Assembly (NCBI GenBank): GCA_964425055.1
Contig: CAYRKU010000003.1
Span: forward strand, 1,894 to 44,383
Direction of reading: 5' to 3'
Length of the DNA stretch: 42,490 bases
Source: an uncultured Lawsonia sp.
GTDB taxonomy: Bacteria; Desulfobacterota; Desulfovibrionia; Desulfovibrionales; Desulfovibrionaceae
In this document: piece by piece, positions 18,654 through 28,163 of the stretch
How the letters are laid out: each line of letters begins with the position of its first letter
Numbering within the stretch: the stretch's first letter is position 1
The notes under the pieces: generated by a model
The model's input: the letters and a program-made list of their open reading frames with translations, nothing else
The model's database searches: none
Told to the model about the DNA's origin: nothing
Translations under genes and position numbers: made by a program

Positions 18654-19142
18654 CTATGCGTTACGGCGTCTCCGCGGCACGTCTGGCCCGCGCCCTGTGC
18701 CCCCGGAACTGCCCTGGGATACTTTTGCCCCGGCTTCAGTTCCCGTGCGCCGGGCTATGGCATCAGCGGCCGCGTGGGCGTTCAGCACCAGCCTTTCAAT
18801 CTCCTCCGGCATCGCGCCATCAACATGTATGCCCACGGCCACACAGACCGTAGCCCGCCAGATTTTGCACAGTTTTCGCGCCAGAGCGTGGGCCACAGTG
18901 TCATCGCGGTGCCCCGGCGCCGTGAGCACCCCGGCGGAAGCGGACACGCCGTTTGTTCCCTCGGGGCAATACACCGCCAGAGCCACGGCCCCCACGTGCG
19001 CTGTTCCACCATAAACCTGAACCAGCCAGTCTTTTCCCTGGGCCACGGCCCGCGCCGTGACGGCCAGCCTGCCCTCGCCCGCAGTATGCAAAAACCCGTC
19101 AGCCGTCCCTGGCTCTTTAGCCTCCCGAACCACTTTGACCAC
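18654..19142 (-). CDS. LpdD-like prenylated-flavin chaperone/accessory protein
   Basis: GKDWLVQVYGGTAHVGAVALA, PGHRDD and VCVAVGIHVD motifs; sits between ubiX and ubiD; start uncertain. Confidence 0.7.
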   Translation of the reverse strand: MVKVVREAKEPGTADGFLHTAGEGRLAVTARAVAQGKDWLVQVYGGTAHVGAVALAVYCPEGTNGVSASAGVLTAPGHRDDTVAHALARKLCKIWRATVCVAVGIHVDGAMPEEIERLVLNAHAAADAIARRTGTEAGAKVSQGSSGGTGRGPDVPRRRRNA

Positions 19143-19145
19143 CCC

Positions 19146-19709
19146 TTATCCGTCTTTCCAGGCGCGAAAGTTGGGCAGGGTTATGCCAAAGGGCAGGAGC
19201 GCCTTAGCCAGAATATGATCTATATGATCCTGTACGGATTGCGGGCGGTTGTAAAAGGTAAGCACAGGCGGAACAATAACGCAGCCTAGGTCCGCGGCTG
19301 TGCAGAGATTGCGCAGATGCACCTTGCCGAGGGGCATTTCCCGCGGGATGAGCACCACCGTACGCCGCTCCTTCAGGCAGACATCGGCCGCACGCTGCAA
19401 AAGATTCTCGGTATAGCCGCACACCAGCGCGGCCAGGGATTTCATGCTGCACGGGGCAATAATCATACCCGCAGCGGTATAGGAACCGCTGGAAATTGGG
19501 GCCTCCATGTCATCCGCACTGTATGAAACATGCGCCAGGCCGCGGGCCTGCGCCGGGGAACATTCACCTTCCAGAATCAGGTTGCGCTCCGCCTGAGGCG
19601 TCATGACTAAATGCGTTTCCACAGCGTCCATGCCTTGAAGGAGCTGCAGAAGCCGTACCCCCAGCGTAACGCCATCGGCGCCGGTCATGCCCACAATGAT
19701 CCGCTTCAC
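19146..19709 (-). CDS. ubiX: UbiX-family flavin prenyltransferase
   Basis: IIVGMTGA, APISSGS, APCSMKSL, RAADVCLKERR, REMP and PPVLTFYNRP motifs; GTG 19709 after AGGAGG. Confidence 0.95.
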   Translation of the reverse strand: MKRIIVGMTGADGVTLGVRLLQLLQGMDAVETHLVMTPQAERNLILEGECSPAQARGLAHVSYSADDMEAPISSGSYTAAGMIIAPCSMKSLAALVCGYTENLLQRAADVCLKERRTVVLIPREMPLGKVHLRNLCTAADLGCVIVPPVLTFYNRPQSVQDHIDHILAKALLPFGITLPNFRAWKDG

Positions 19710-19719
19710 AAAACCTCCT

Positions 19720-19766
19720 AAAACAAAAAAGCGCCGCTTTTGAGGCGTTCCTTTAAAGCGACACTC
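19720..19766 (-). terminator. Intrinsic terminator-like hairpin immediately upstream of the ubiX RBS
   Basis: Minus strand GTGTCGCTTT...AAAGCGGCGC (10 bp, two G-U) followed by TTTTTTGTTTT and then AGGAGG. Confidence 0.6.
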
Positions 19767-19865
19767 AGACAACAAAAAAGCTTTGCCGACAACAGCCCGT
19801 GGAAAATTCCAGCGCAAAGATTTTGACCGCAGAAAAGAGGAAAGATCACCTCAAACTGTGGCAAA

Positions 19866-19895
19866 AGCATAGGTTAGAAGGGACGGAAAAGGCAA
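19866..19895 (-). promoter_or_regulatory. Candidate sigma70 promoter of the ubiX operon
   Basis: Minus strand TTGCCT-18 nt-TATGCT. Confidence 0.4.
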
Positions 19896-20281
19896 GAGCC
19901 TTTTGCATCGCACGGGGCAGTTTTTGGTTTATTACCGCGTCATAGTTTCGTTTTTGCTGCCATACCGGACGGTTAAACCGCGCCTGCGCCCAAAAACCCG
20001 GTCTTTCCTGTCTGAAGCGAAACCTTCTCCCGCAGCTAAACCGCATTTCAAAAATCTTTTTCCCGCCTGCGGCAGCAAAATGCCCGGCAAAACCCAAGGC
20101 GGACAAAGGGCTCCCTTTCCCCTGACTAACGTTAGGAGATTCCTGTCAGCTTTTCGCACAGAAAAGCAGAAAGACAAAAGTTTGCTTTACGGTGCGCCGG
20201 ATATCCTCCACCCGAAGGGAGAGGTTTTACGGCGTGGGAAATAAACCTTAAAAACAGATCGCCGCAAAACAGGAAGAGGGA

Positions 20282-20357
20282 TGGTGGACCCACGAGGACT
20301 TGAACCTCGGGCCAACCGGTTATGAGCCGGTAGCTCTGCCAACTGAGCTATGGGTCC
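20282..20357 (-). tRNA. tRNA with CAT anticodon, most likely tRNA-Ile2 (lysidine-modified)
   Basis: GGACCCATAGCTCAGTTGGCAGAGCTACCGGCTCATAACCGGTTGGCCCGAGGTTCAAGTCCTCGTGGGTCCACCA (76 nt, encoded CCA). The G1-C72 pair excludes an initiator tRNA; acceptor and anticodon stems look like Ile2. Confidence 0.93.
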
Positions 20358-20438
20358 ACAAACGGGGGGAGGTGTACACAACATGAAATTAGCGCACAAC
20401 AGCCCCCAAGTCAAAACAATTTAAGCCCGATACCAGAA

Positions 20439-21314
20439 TCAGCCTTTAAGACCGTGATCTTTCATCAGCTGTTTTGCCCGCGCAGCTTCCAGGCTTTTGG
20501 GGAATTTGCTGATCAGCTCCTTCAGGCGGATGCCGGCGGCATCCTTTTTCCCGGTTTTAATAAAGCACATCCCCTGTTTAAGGTAGGCTGAGGCGACTTT
20601 GCCGCTTTTGGGGAATTTGGAAATCACCTGTTCATAATCCAGGGCCGCAGCCGGGAATTTCCCCTGCTGGTACTCACATTCTCCACACCAGAACCACGCG
20701 TTGGAGATCAGCCTGTGCTTTGGATAGGTCTCAGTAAAATCACTGAACGATTTCAGGGCATTGGAATACTTACGGGCGTTAAAGGCCTCGATGCCCGCGT
20801 CATACAGGGCTGTGGCCAGATCTTTTTGCCCGGAAGAGCTTTGCTGCGCGGGCTGCTGCGGTACAGCGCTCGGAGCGGCTGCGGCAGGAGCAGTGGCTTC
20901 CGGCGCGGCCACCACAGGCGCAGCGGGGTTTACACCCGGCAGCGCCCCCGCCGCAGCAGGCGCAGCCGGATCATCCAACTGCAGATCCATAGCCAGCTGA
21001 GTACTAATGGAGCGCAGGGCAACATCGTGCCGGTTAACGCGCGCGGCAAGGCCAGACAGGCCGCCGGTAGCGGCCGTGGCATTGTTGAAATCATCAATCT
21101 GGCCGCGTATAGCGCTCATCTCCTGGTGAAGCCGCTGTACCTGGGCCCAGGTATCGGCCTGAGCAGGCTGCACGCCGGAAAGCTGACTATTGAGCATGCG
21201 GATCTGCTGCTCCTGCTGGTCAAGGCGCGCCTGCATGGCGCTCATCTTATTGCCGCCGCACCCTGTGAGAAGCAGCCCCAAAAACAATACAGGAAACAGA
21301 AACAGGTTTTTCAT
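20439..21314 (-). CDS. cpoB: Tol-Pal system / cell division coordinator CpoB (YbgF)-like TPR lipoprotein
   Basis: Lipobox LTGC, coiled coil, Ala/Pro linker and C-terminal TPRs (NAWFWCGE, SAYLKQG, LISKFPKS). Confidence 0.8.
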   Translation of the reverse strand: MKNLFLFPVLFLGLLLTGCGGNKMSAMQARLDQQEQQIRMLNSQLSGVQPAQADTWAQVQRLHQEMSAIRGQIDDFNNATAATGGLSGLAARVNRHDVALRSISTQLAMDLQLDDPAAPAAAGALPGVNPAAPVVAAPEATAPAAAAPSAVPQQPAQQSSSGQKDLATALYDAGIEAFNARKYSNALKSFSDFTETYPKHRLISNAWFWCGECEYQQGKFPAAALDYEQVISKFPKSGKVASAYLKQGMCFIKTGKKDAAGIRLKELISKFPKSLEAARAKQLMKDHGLKG

Positions 21315-21356
21315 GGCAATCTACCATTGTGTAAAAATGTAAAAACATCGCCCCGC

Positions 21357-21557
21357 CTAATGCGCCCGGCGCATCCCCACCAGCAGATAGGCCAGCCCAC
21401 CTAGCAGCGGCAGGAAAATACAGGCCGCTATCCATAAAAGGCGTTCAACAGGCGTGGCGAAAGTATGCCGGAAGGCATGGGAAATGCCCCACAGGTTCAA
21501 CAGAGCCGGCGCAAAAAGCAGCGCCTCCTGCCACCAGGGTAGCGTAAACAGCGTCAT
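21357..21557 (-). CDS. Small membrane protein, PLD nuclease N-terminal (PLDc_N) domain
   Basis: Two TM segments with ERLLWI...[13 protein letters not shown]; 4-bp overlap with lspA. Confidence 0.75.
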   Translation of the reverse strand: MTLFTLPWWQEALLFAPALLNLWGISHAFRHTFATPVERLLWIAACIFLPLLGGLAYLLVGMRRAH

Positions 21558-22045
21558 GTGCGCTTCCTATACAGCCACAGACTGAGGCCGGTCAGGCCTG
21601 CTCCACAGCAGATAGCGATATCAGCCACATTAAAGGCCGGCCAATGCCATTGCCCGACAAAAAAATCCAAAAAATCCACCACAGCCCGAAAGCGAATCCG
21701 GTCAATCAAATTGCCGGCCGCCCCGCCCAAAATCAGCCCCAGGCCCACAAACAGCCACGTTTCATAAGGTTTGGCGGCTCGGATCAGCACAAACACCACT
21801 CCTGCGGCCAGCAGGCCAGCGGCCAGAAACAGCCAGAACTGCCACTCTATATCCGCCCGGTTTAAAAAGCCAAAGGCAGCCCCCCGGTTGCGAATATGCA
21901 CTAGGTCAAAACAGCCGGGGATAATCTCTATCCTGCCATACAGAGGGATGACCGCCTGTATACGCAGCTTGGTCAGCCAGTCAAGCGCACAGGCGGCAGC
22001 CGCAACAAACAGGGCTATCCAATAGCGACGGCCGGCAACGCTCAC
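21554..22045 (-). CDS. lspA: Lipoprotein signal peptidase II
   Basis: DWLTK, NRGAAFG, GNLIDR, VVDFLD and PAFNVAD motifs; GTGA overlap with the ileS stop. Confidence 0.95.
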   Translation of the reverse strand: MSVAGRRYWIALFVAAAACALDWLTKLRIQAVIPLYGRIEIIPGCFDLVHIRNRGAAFGFLNRADIEWQFWLFLAAGLLAAGVVFVLIRAAKPYETWLFVGLGLILGGAAGNLIDRIRFRAVVDFLDFFVGQWHWPAFNVADIAICCGAGLTGLSLWLYRKRT

Positions 22046-24876
22046 TTTGCGGCCCCATGCATGCGCCGCAGAACATCTGTACAGCGCGGGCACAGCCCCG
22101 GGTGAACCGGATCGCGCCCCAGCTCTTCACTGTATATCCAGCAGCGCTGGCACTTGTCGCCTTTGGCCCGCTCTGCCACTACCACAAGCTTACCGCCGCT
22201 GGCCAGCTCCAGCACAGGGGCGCCAGCCGGGGCCGCGGCCAGAGTATCCAGACTAAGCTGTGAAACAATGCACACAGCGCGCATGTCCGCCTCCGCATCG
22301 CGCAGCATTTCCAGTATATCGTCTGAGGCGTACAGGCGCACGCCGGTATCCAGGGCATGGCCCACAGCCCCGGAGCGGCGCAGTGGCTCAATGGCGCGGG
22401 TTACTTCCGCCCGCACGGCCAGCACAGCTTCCCAGCGCAGGAGGCTGTCATCATCCAGCAGCAGATCATCCTCATCCGGGGGCAGGGCAAACACTGTGGC
22501 TGCCTCCGGATGCAGGGCCGCCGGGATATGGCGGTACACCTCTTCAGCAGTAAAGCTCATAATGGGGGCCATATCCCGGACCAGAAGCAGAAGAATACGG
22601 TACAGGGCTGTCTGAGCCGAGCGCCGGGCATGATCGCCCGGAGCCGAGGCATACAGGCGATCTTTCAACACATCCAGATAAAAGGCGGAAAGATCGGCCG
22701 CGCATAAATTGTGCAGGCTGTGGAACACCTTGTGGAACTCGTATTCCTTATAGGCTGTCTGCGCACGCATATGGGCGCGGCAGGCAATGTCCAGCGCATA
22801 ACGATCCAGCGGATCCATCGCTGCCGGCGGAATCAGTTCCGCCGGGGTAAGGTCGCTTATATTTCCCAGCAGATAGCGGCAGGTGTTGCGAATGCGACGG
22901 TACGCATCCACCAGGCGGTTGATTATTTCCGGGGAAATACGCACATCCTCACGGTAATCTACCGACGCAACCCACAACCGGACAATTTCCGCCCCGTGCT
23001 TATCGATAATTTCCTGCAATTCAATGCCGTTGCCCAGTGATTTAGACATCTTCCGGCCTTCACCGTCCACCACATAGCCGTGGGTCAACACCGAGCGGTA
23101 CGGCGGTATACCCCTTGTGCCAACTGCCGCCAGTAAAGAAGAATGGAACCAACCCCGGTGCTGATCCGAGCCTTCCAGGTACATATCTGCCGGAAAGGTC
23201 AGCTCCGGCCGCTTTTCCAGCACAGCCGCAAAGCTCGTGCCCGAATCAAACCACACGTCAAGGATATCTCCTTCCCGCTTCCACTGCCCGCCGCCGCAAT
23301 GCGGGCATTTGAGGCCTTCAGGCACAATTTCGTCCAAGCTGGCTTCATACCAGTAGTCACAGCCGGTGGGATGCGTGGCAAATTTAGCCGCAATGGCTCG
23401 CATCCAGGCAGGATCGTTCCAGGCTTCGCCGCAGCGTTCACACAGCAAGGCAATAATGGGCACGCCCCACAGCCGCTGCCGTGAGATGCACCAGTCCGGC
23501 CGCTGCTCGATCATATTATAGATACGCTCCTCACCCCAGGCCGGAATCCATCTGACCTTGCCGCGTACAGCGGCAAGAGCCTTCTGGCGCAGTTCATTGG
23601 CCTGCATGGAAATAAACCACTGGGTGGTGGCCCGAAAAATCACCGGCTTTTTGCACCGCCAGCAATGCGGGTAAGAGTGGGCAATATTGGCCCGGCCCAT
23701 CAGATGCCCCGCTTCCTGCAATGTGGCAATCACGGCCGCGTCAGCCTGCTGCACCTGCAGCCCTGCGAAAAAGGGCACCGTATCCAAATATTCACCGCGA
23801 TCGTTCAATGGAGAATACACGTCCAGGCCGTAGCGCAGGCCCACTTCATAGTCTTCCCGGCCATGCCCGGGGGCGGTATGCACGCAGCCGGTACCGGCAT
23901 CCAGAGTAACATGTTCCCCCAGGATCAGGGGTGAATCCCTGTCATACAGGGGATGCCTGGCCCTGAGCAATTCAAGGCTGCCGCCCGAGGCGTGCCCCAG
24001 AATACGTATATCCGCAGCGTCCCAGCCGCAGGCGTTGACCACACTCTGTACCAGCTCCGCGGCCAGAAGGTATTGCCCCCCGGCATATTCCAGCAGCACA
24101 TAATCAAAATCCGGATGCAGGGCCACGGCCATATTGCATGGCACGGTCCACGGCGTTGTTGTCCAGATAATCACGTAGGCACGGGCCGGGTCAGCTTCGG
24201 GGAACAGTTCTTTCAGACGTTCATCCTGCAGAGGAAAACGCACGTAAATAGATGGGGAAGTATGGTCGGCATATTCCACCTCAGCCTCGGCAAGGGCTGT
24301 TTGGCAGGAGCAACACCAGTAAATGGGCTTACGGCTGCGCACCACGCTGCCTTTTTCCACAAAGTCGGCCAGCGCGACCGCAGTAGCCGCTTCATATTCC
24401 GGCAGCATGGTACGGTACGGACGCGCCCAGTCACCCATAATCCCAAGGCGTTTAAATTCCTTACGCTGGATATCAATAAACCTGTCGGCATATTGACGGC
24501 ATTGTTTGCGCACGGCATGCGGGGGAAGCTTTTTCTTTTTTTCGCCCAGTTCCTGCTCCACCTTAAGCTCAATGGGCAAACCGTGGCAGTCCCACCCGGG
24601 GACGTATACCGAGCGATAGCCCTGCATATTACGGGATTTGATGATGATATCCTTAAGCACCTTGTTCAGGGCATGGCCCAGGTGCAGATGCCCGTTGGCA
24701 TAGGGAGGGCCGTCATGCAGGCAGAAAGCCCCGGCTGAACCGGAAGCTTCCAACATGGCTTCGTAGGCGTTGTTTGCTTCCCACCAGCGGAGCATTTCCG
24801 GCTCACGCTGAGTCAGGTTGGCCTTCATGGGAAAAGAAGTGGCGGGCAGATTCAGTGTTTTTTTATAATCGCTCAT
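22042..24876 (-). CDS. ileS: Isoleucine--tRNA ligase
   Basis: [45 protein letters not shown] and C-terminal Zn finger; start moved to ATG 24876. Confidence 0.98.
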   Translation of the reverse strand: MSDYKKTLNLPATSFPMKANLTQREPEMLRWWEANNAYEAMLEASGSAGAFCLHDGPPYANGHLHLGHALNKVLKDIIIKSRNMQGYRSVYVPGWDCHGLPIELKVEQELGEKKKKLPPHAVRKQCRQYADRFIDIQRKEFKRLGIMGDWARPYRTMLPEYEAATAVALADFVEKGSVVRSRKPIYWCCSCQTALAEAEVEYADHTSPSIYVRFPLQDERLKELFPEADPARAYVIIWTTTPWTVPCNMAVALHPDFDYVLLEYAGGQYLLAAELVQSVVNACGWDAADIRILGHASGGSLELLRARHPLYDRDSPLILGEHVTLDAGTGCVHTAPGHGREDYEVGLRYGLDVYSPLNDRGEYLDTVPFFAGLQVQQADAAVIATLQEAGHLMGRANIAHSYPHCWRCKKPVIFRATTQWFISMQANELRQKALAAVRGKVRWIPAWGEERIYNMIEQRPDWCISRQRLWGVPIIALLCERCGEAWNDPAWMRAIAAKFATHPTGCDYWYEASLDEIVPEGLKCPHCGGGQWKREGDILDVWFDSGTSFAAVLEKRPELTFPADMYLEGSDQHRGWFHSSLLAAVGTRGIPPYRSVLTHGYVVDGEGRKMSKSLGNGIELQEIIDKHGAEIVRLWVASVDYREDVRISPEIINRLVDAYRRIRNTCRYLLGNISDLTPAELIPPAAMDPLDRYALDIACRAHMRAQTAYKEYEFHKVFHSLHNLCAADLSAFYLDVLKDRLYASAPGDHARRSAQTALYRILLLLVRDMAPIMSFTAEEVYRHIPAALHPEAATVFALPPDEDDLLLDDDSLLRWEAVLAVRAEVTRAIEPLRRSGAVGHALDTGVRLYASDDILEMLRDAEADMRAVCIVSQLSLDTLAAAPAGAPVLELASGGKLVVVAERAKGDKCQRCWIYSEELGRDPVHPGLCPRCTDVLRRMHGAAK

Positions 24877-25036
24877 GGATAATGCCCCATACGGCGGCGG
24901 CGCGGCCATATAAACAGCCGCGGCTGAAAATAACTGCTGAATTTTGTTTCCTGGATGAATCCAGGGCAGGCGGGGGCGCCGGCCCGGGCCGTAACCGGGG
25001 TGGACACCGGCCATGCGCCTCTAACGCGGGGCGTTG

Positions 25037-25597
25037 TTACGCCTGGCCGTTAAAAGAGCCGGCAAACAGATCCACAATGGCTTTGCGGCCCTCCGGCGCC
25101 AGAAAACGGGTGCCAGTTGCGGTAAAATGACTGTGCCGGATTTGCGGATCCGTTTCGTTGATCCAAGCATCATCTGTCCAGCGGAACCATTCCCGCTGCT
25201 GCTGATCAAAAACCAACAGCGGTTTATTGCATATTTTGGCAAATTCCGCGCCCCAGCCGGTGCCGCCCTTTACCGTGCCATCGGCCTGAATGCTGCCCAC
25301 CACCACAACTTCCTGACCGCTGTTTACCTGCCAGCAAATGGACTGCAGCACGCTGCGAAACAATGGCGCACGGGTAAACTGCCGCCCCATAAGGCGGGAA
25401 ACATAGCTCAGACTGACGTCTTTCAGGGCCAGCTCTTCCGCGGTGAGTACGCGCACACCGCGGCGGCGCTCAATCTGGTGCCCTTCAAAACTGTAGTTAA
25501 TCTCTTCAATGCCCCAGGCCTCGGCCTGAGCGCCAAAAAACTGTTCCGTCCCGGCAGCGCCACCGCTGAACAGAACACACTGCTTTGGATCAAGCAT
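25037..25597 (-). CDS. Conserved hypothetical protein, probable SLOG/DprA-like Rossmann fold
   Basis: N-terminal SGGAAG and GGTGW...AKICNKPLLVFD motifs resemble the SLOG superfamily. Confidence 0.55.
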   Translation of the reverse strand: MLDPKQCVLFSGGAAGTEQFFGAQAEAWGIEEINYSFEGHQIERRRGVRVLTAEELALKDVSLSYVSRLMGRQFTRAPLFRSVLQSICWQVNSGQEVVVVGSIQADGTVKGGTGWGAEFAKICNKPLLVFDQQQREWFRWTDDAWINETDPQIRHSHFTATGTRFLAPEGRKAIVDLFAGSFNGQA

Positions 25598-25646
25598 CTA
25601 CGCTCCTTTATCCAGCCGCGACCACGGGGCGGCTTTACCGGATAAT

Positions 25647-26114
25647 CTAATAATGGGTAACCCGGCTGCTGCCGTCGCTGCCGCGCAGCACGCGCACCCG
25701 ATCGCCTGTGGCAAAGGGCTGATCGTTACCCTGCACTACAGAGATGATCTGCCCGTTATCCAGCGCCACTTCTATTTCAAGGCCAGTCTGGCGGGTTACA
25801 GCCTTTTCCCCGGCATAGCCCAGGCCAGCGCCGCCCAGGGCACCCAGCACAGCGCCCACGGTATGGCCCGAACCGCCGCCCAGCAGGTTGCCCAACACAC
25901 CGCCGGCCACACCGCCACCTACAGCACCCAAAGCTCCGTTACTGCCCCCTTCCACCTCTACTTCATGTACGGATTTCACCGTACCGTACTGTACAGTCTG
26001 GGCACTGCGCGTCTGCCCGCTGGAATAGGCGTTTCCGCTGATATTGGTGCAGCCGGTGACGGCAAGCAGTGCGATCGAGAGCAGGCACACACATATATAC
26101 GCACAATAACGCAT
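25647..26114 (-). CDS. SlyB-like glycine-zipper outer membrane lipoprotein
   Basis: Lipobox VTGC, glycine zipper GAVGGGVAGGVLG...GGGSG and GDRVRV; ATG 26114 after GGGAGG. Confidence 0.88.
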   Translation of the reverse strand: MRYCAYICVCLLSIALLAVTGCTNISGNAYSSGQTRSAQTVQYGTVKSVHEVEVEGGSNGALGAVGGGVAGGVLGNLLGGGSGHTVGAVLGALGGAGLGYAGEKAVTRQTGLEIEVALDNGQIISVVQGNDQPFATGDRVRVLRGSDGSSRVTHY

Positions 26115-26450
26115 GGCAACCTCCCATAAATTCGCCTGGCCGGAACTGATCTGCCGGCCGGGCTGTGTGTTTGTAACATAAGGCACGGCCGGGGGCAATC
26201 CTGTAACAGGCGGGAAGACTTTGCCAAAATGATAACCTTTTGGCAAAGTTCCTCATATATAGTCGTTGGCGGTGTTGAAAACATAACCTTTTTCTCTGAG
26301 AAAAGCAGCCCGGCGGAGCAGGAGGGCCCGACTAGTTTTTAGCTTTGAGAACCGATTGATATTTCATGGGATTTTATGATTTACACCCCGTTGTTTTTTG
26401 ACTATATTTGTACAAACTTATTGCTACTTTTCACGATAAAAACAGAAAAA

Positions 26451-27359
26451 ATGAACGGAAAAATCCCGCATATTGTTCAATATCAAGGCTCAAAAAGAAA
26501 ACTTGCACCGCAGATATTGCGGTATATGCCTAAAAAATTTAGCAGGCTGATTGAGCCTTTTTCTGGTATGGCTGCAATTTCCATTGCAGCAGCAATGGCG
26601 CATAGATCAGATGCTTATATAATAAATGATTTGAATAAACCGCTTATTAACATTTTACAGGAAGCTATTGAAACTCCCAATCAATTAATTTGTGAATATA
26701 AAAAGTTATGGAATGACCAATTTTCATATGGTAATAATCATGTACAACACTATTATGATGTACGTGACAGATTTAATAACGGAGAACAAACTCCGTCAAA
26801 TCTGCTTTATCTGTTAGCAAGATGTGTAAAAGGGTCTGTAAGATATGGGGCAAGTGGGAAGTTTAATCAATCTCCAGATAAAAGAAGACATGGAACTCAT
26901 CCACAAACACTGGAACAAAATATTTATGCCATTTCAGAGGTTTTAAAAGGAAAAGTAGAATATTATGCTCTTGATTATCATGAAATTTTGCAAATGGCCA
27001 AGCCTGGTGATTTAATTTATATGGATCCACCATACCAAGGTGTTACAGCTACTAGAGACAGCAGGTATTTTTCGGGGGTGCCTTTTGCTGAATTTGTAGA
27101 TGCAATTGGGAGTCTAAATGATAATAATGTAGATTTTATTGTTAGTTATGACGGTATTTGTGGGGAAAGACAATACGGTGAAAAATTACCTGAAAATCTT
27201 GGGTGCAAAAAAATCTTTCTCAATGCCGGTCCATCAAGCCAATCGACACTGTTAGGTAAAAAAGAAAATACCTTTGAATCGTTGTATATAAGTAAGTCCC
27301 TTACTCGTTTATTTTATACTGCGCAAAAACAGCTATCTGTAAATGAGGTAGCTGTATGA
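26451..27359 (+). CDS. Dam/D12-class N6-adenine DNA methyltransferase of a type II R-M system
   Basis: YQGSKRKL, EPFSG, INDLN and YMDPPY motifs; markedly AT-rich compared with the flanks. Confidence 0.92.
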   Translation: MNGKIPHIVQYQGSKRKLAPQILRYMPKKFSRLIEPFSGMAAISIAAAMAHRSDAYIINDLNKPLINILQEAIETPNQLICEYKKLWNDQFSYGNNHVQHYYDVRDRFNNGEQTPSNLLYLLARCVKGSVRYGASGKFNQSPDKRRHGTHPQTLEQNIYAISEVLKGKVEYYALDYHEILQMAKPGDLIYMDPPYQGVTATRDSRYFSGVPFAEFVDAIGSLNDNNVDFIVSYDGICGERQYGEKLPENLGCKKIFLNAGPSSQSTLLGKKENTFESLYISKSLTRLFYTAQKQLSVNEVAV

Positions 27360-28065
27360 GTGATTATCCAAAGGCATTTCTTGATTTATTACATTCAGTA
27401 CAGGCAAAAAGAGCACGTACTATTATTCATCATATCTTAACTCATGGTTTTATTACTACTGAGGAATTAAAAGAATCATACGGGTATGACCATCCTCCAA
27501 GAGCAATACGAGATGTGAGGGAGTATGGAATACCAGTTACTACATACAGAATAAGAACCTCTGAAGGTAAATCTATCGCTGCGTATAAATTTGGGAATCC
27601 AAATGATATAAAAATCAATTGGAGAAATCAGCTGGGCGAACAGTATCATCAAAGGCTCTGAAACAGGCTTTAATAGAAAAATATGGTCCGAGATGCTTCA
27701 TTTATCTTGAAACTATGGACGCTTCCAGATTGCAGGTAGACCATCGTATTCCCTATGAAATAGGCGGTGAACCTAGTGAGAAAGATATCGATTATTATAT
27801 GCTGTTAAGCCCCTCAGCAAATCGGGCAAAATCATGGACGTGCGAACACTGTGAAAATTGGGAAAGAAAAGAACCCGGTTTTTGTCTTCGGTGTTTTTGG
27901 GCATACCCCGAAAATTATGATCATATCGCAGGCAATAAAGAAAAAATTATTGCCCTGATATTTACAGGTGATGAAGTTGAAGACTATAATAAACTAATTG
28001 AATTATCCGGTGGAAAGAGTGCTCAGGAAACGATAAAACAAATTATTCATGACTACCTGAAATAA
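27356..28065 (+). pseudogene. SphI-like HNH type II restriction endonuclease split by a 1-nt frameshift
   Basis: ORF1 has GYDHPPRAIRD; ORF2 has AGR, LQVDHRIPY, NRAKSWTCEHC and CFWAYPENY. These motifs match R.SphI as recalled. One extra A in the A5 run at 27610-27614 fuses them (DIKNQLEKSAGR). Confidence 0.8.
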
Positions 28066-28163
28066 AAATGGGGTCTCACCCGCCAAAAATCCCGCCCCTT
28101 GCGTAATGAAAACGAAGCCAGTACACTTTTTCTGCTTTGCAGCCATAACTTTAGAGGTGCCCC

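Noticed and set aside
17188-19709. Labelling the module as gallate decarboxylase lpdBCD or quinone-biosynthesis ubiD
   Set aside because: Only family-level motifs are visible and the context has no quinone or tannin genes; substrate cannot be assigned without a phylogeny.
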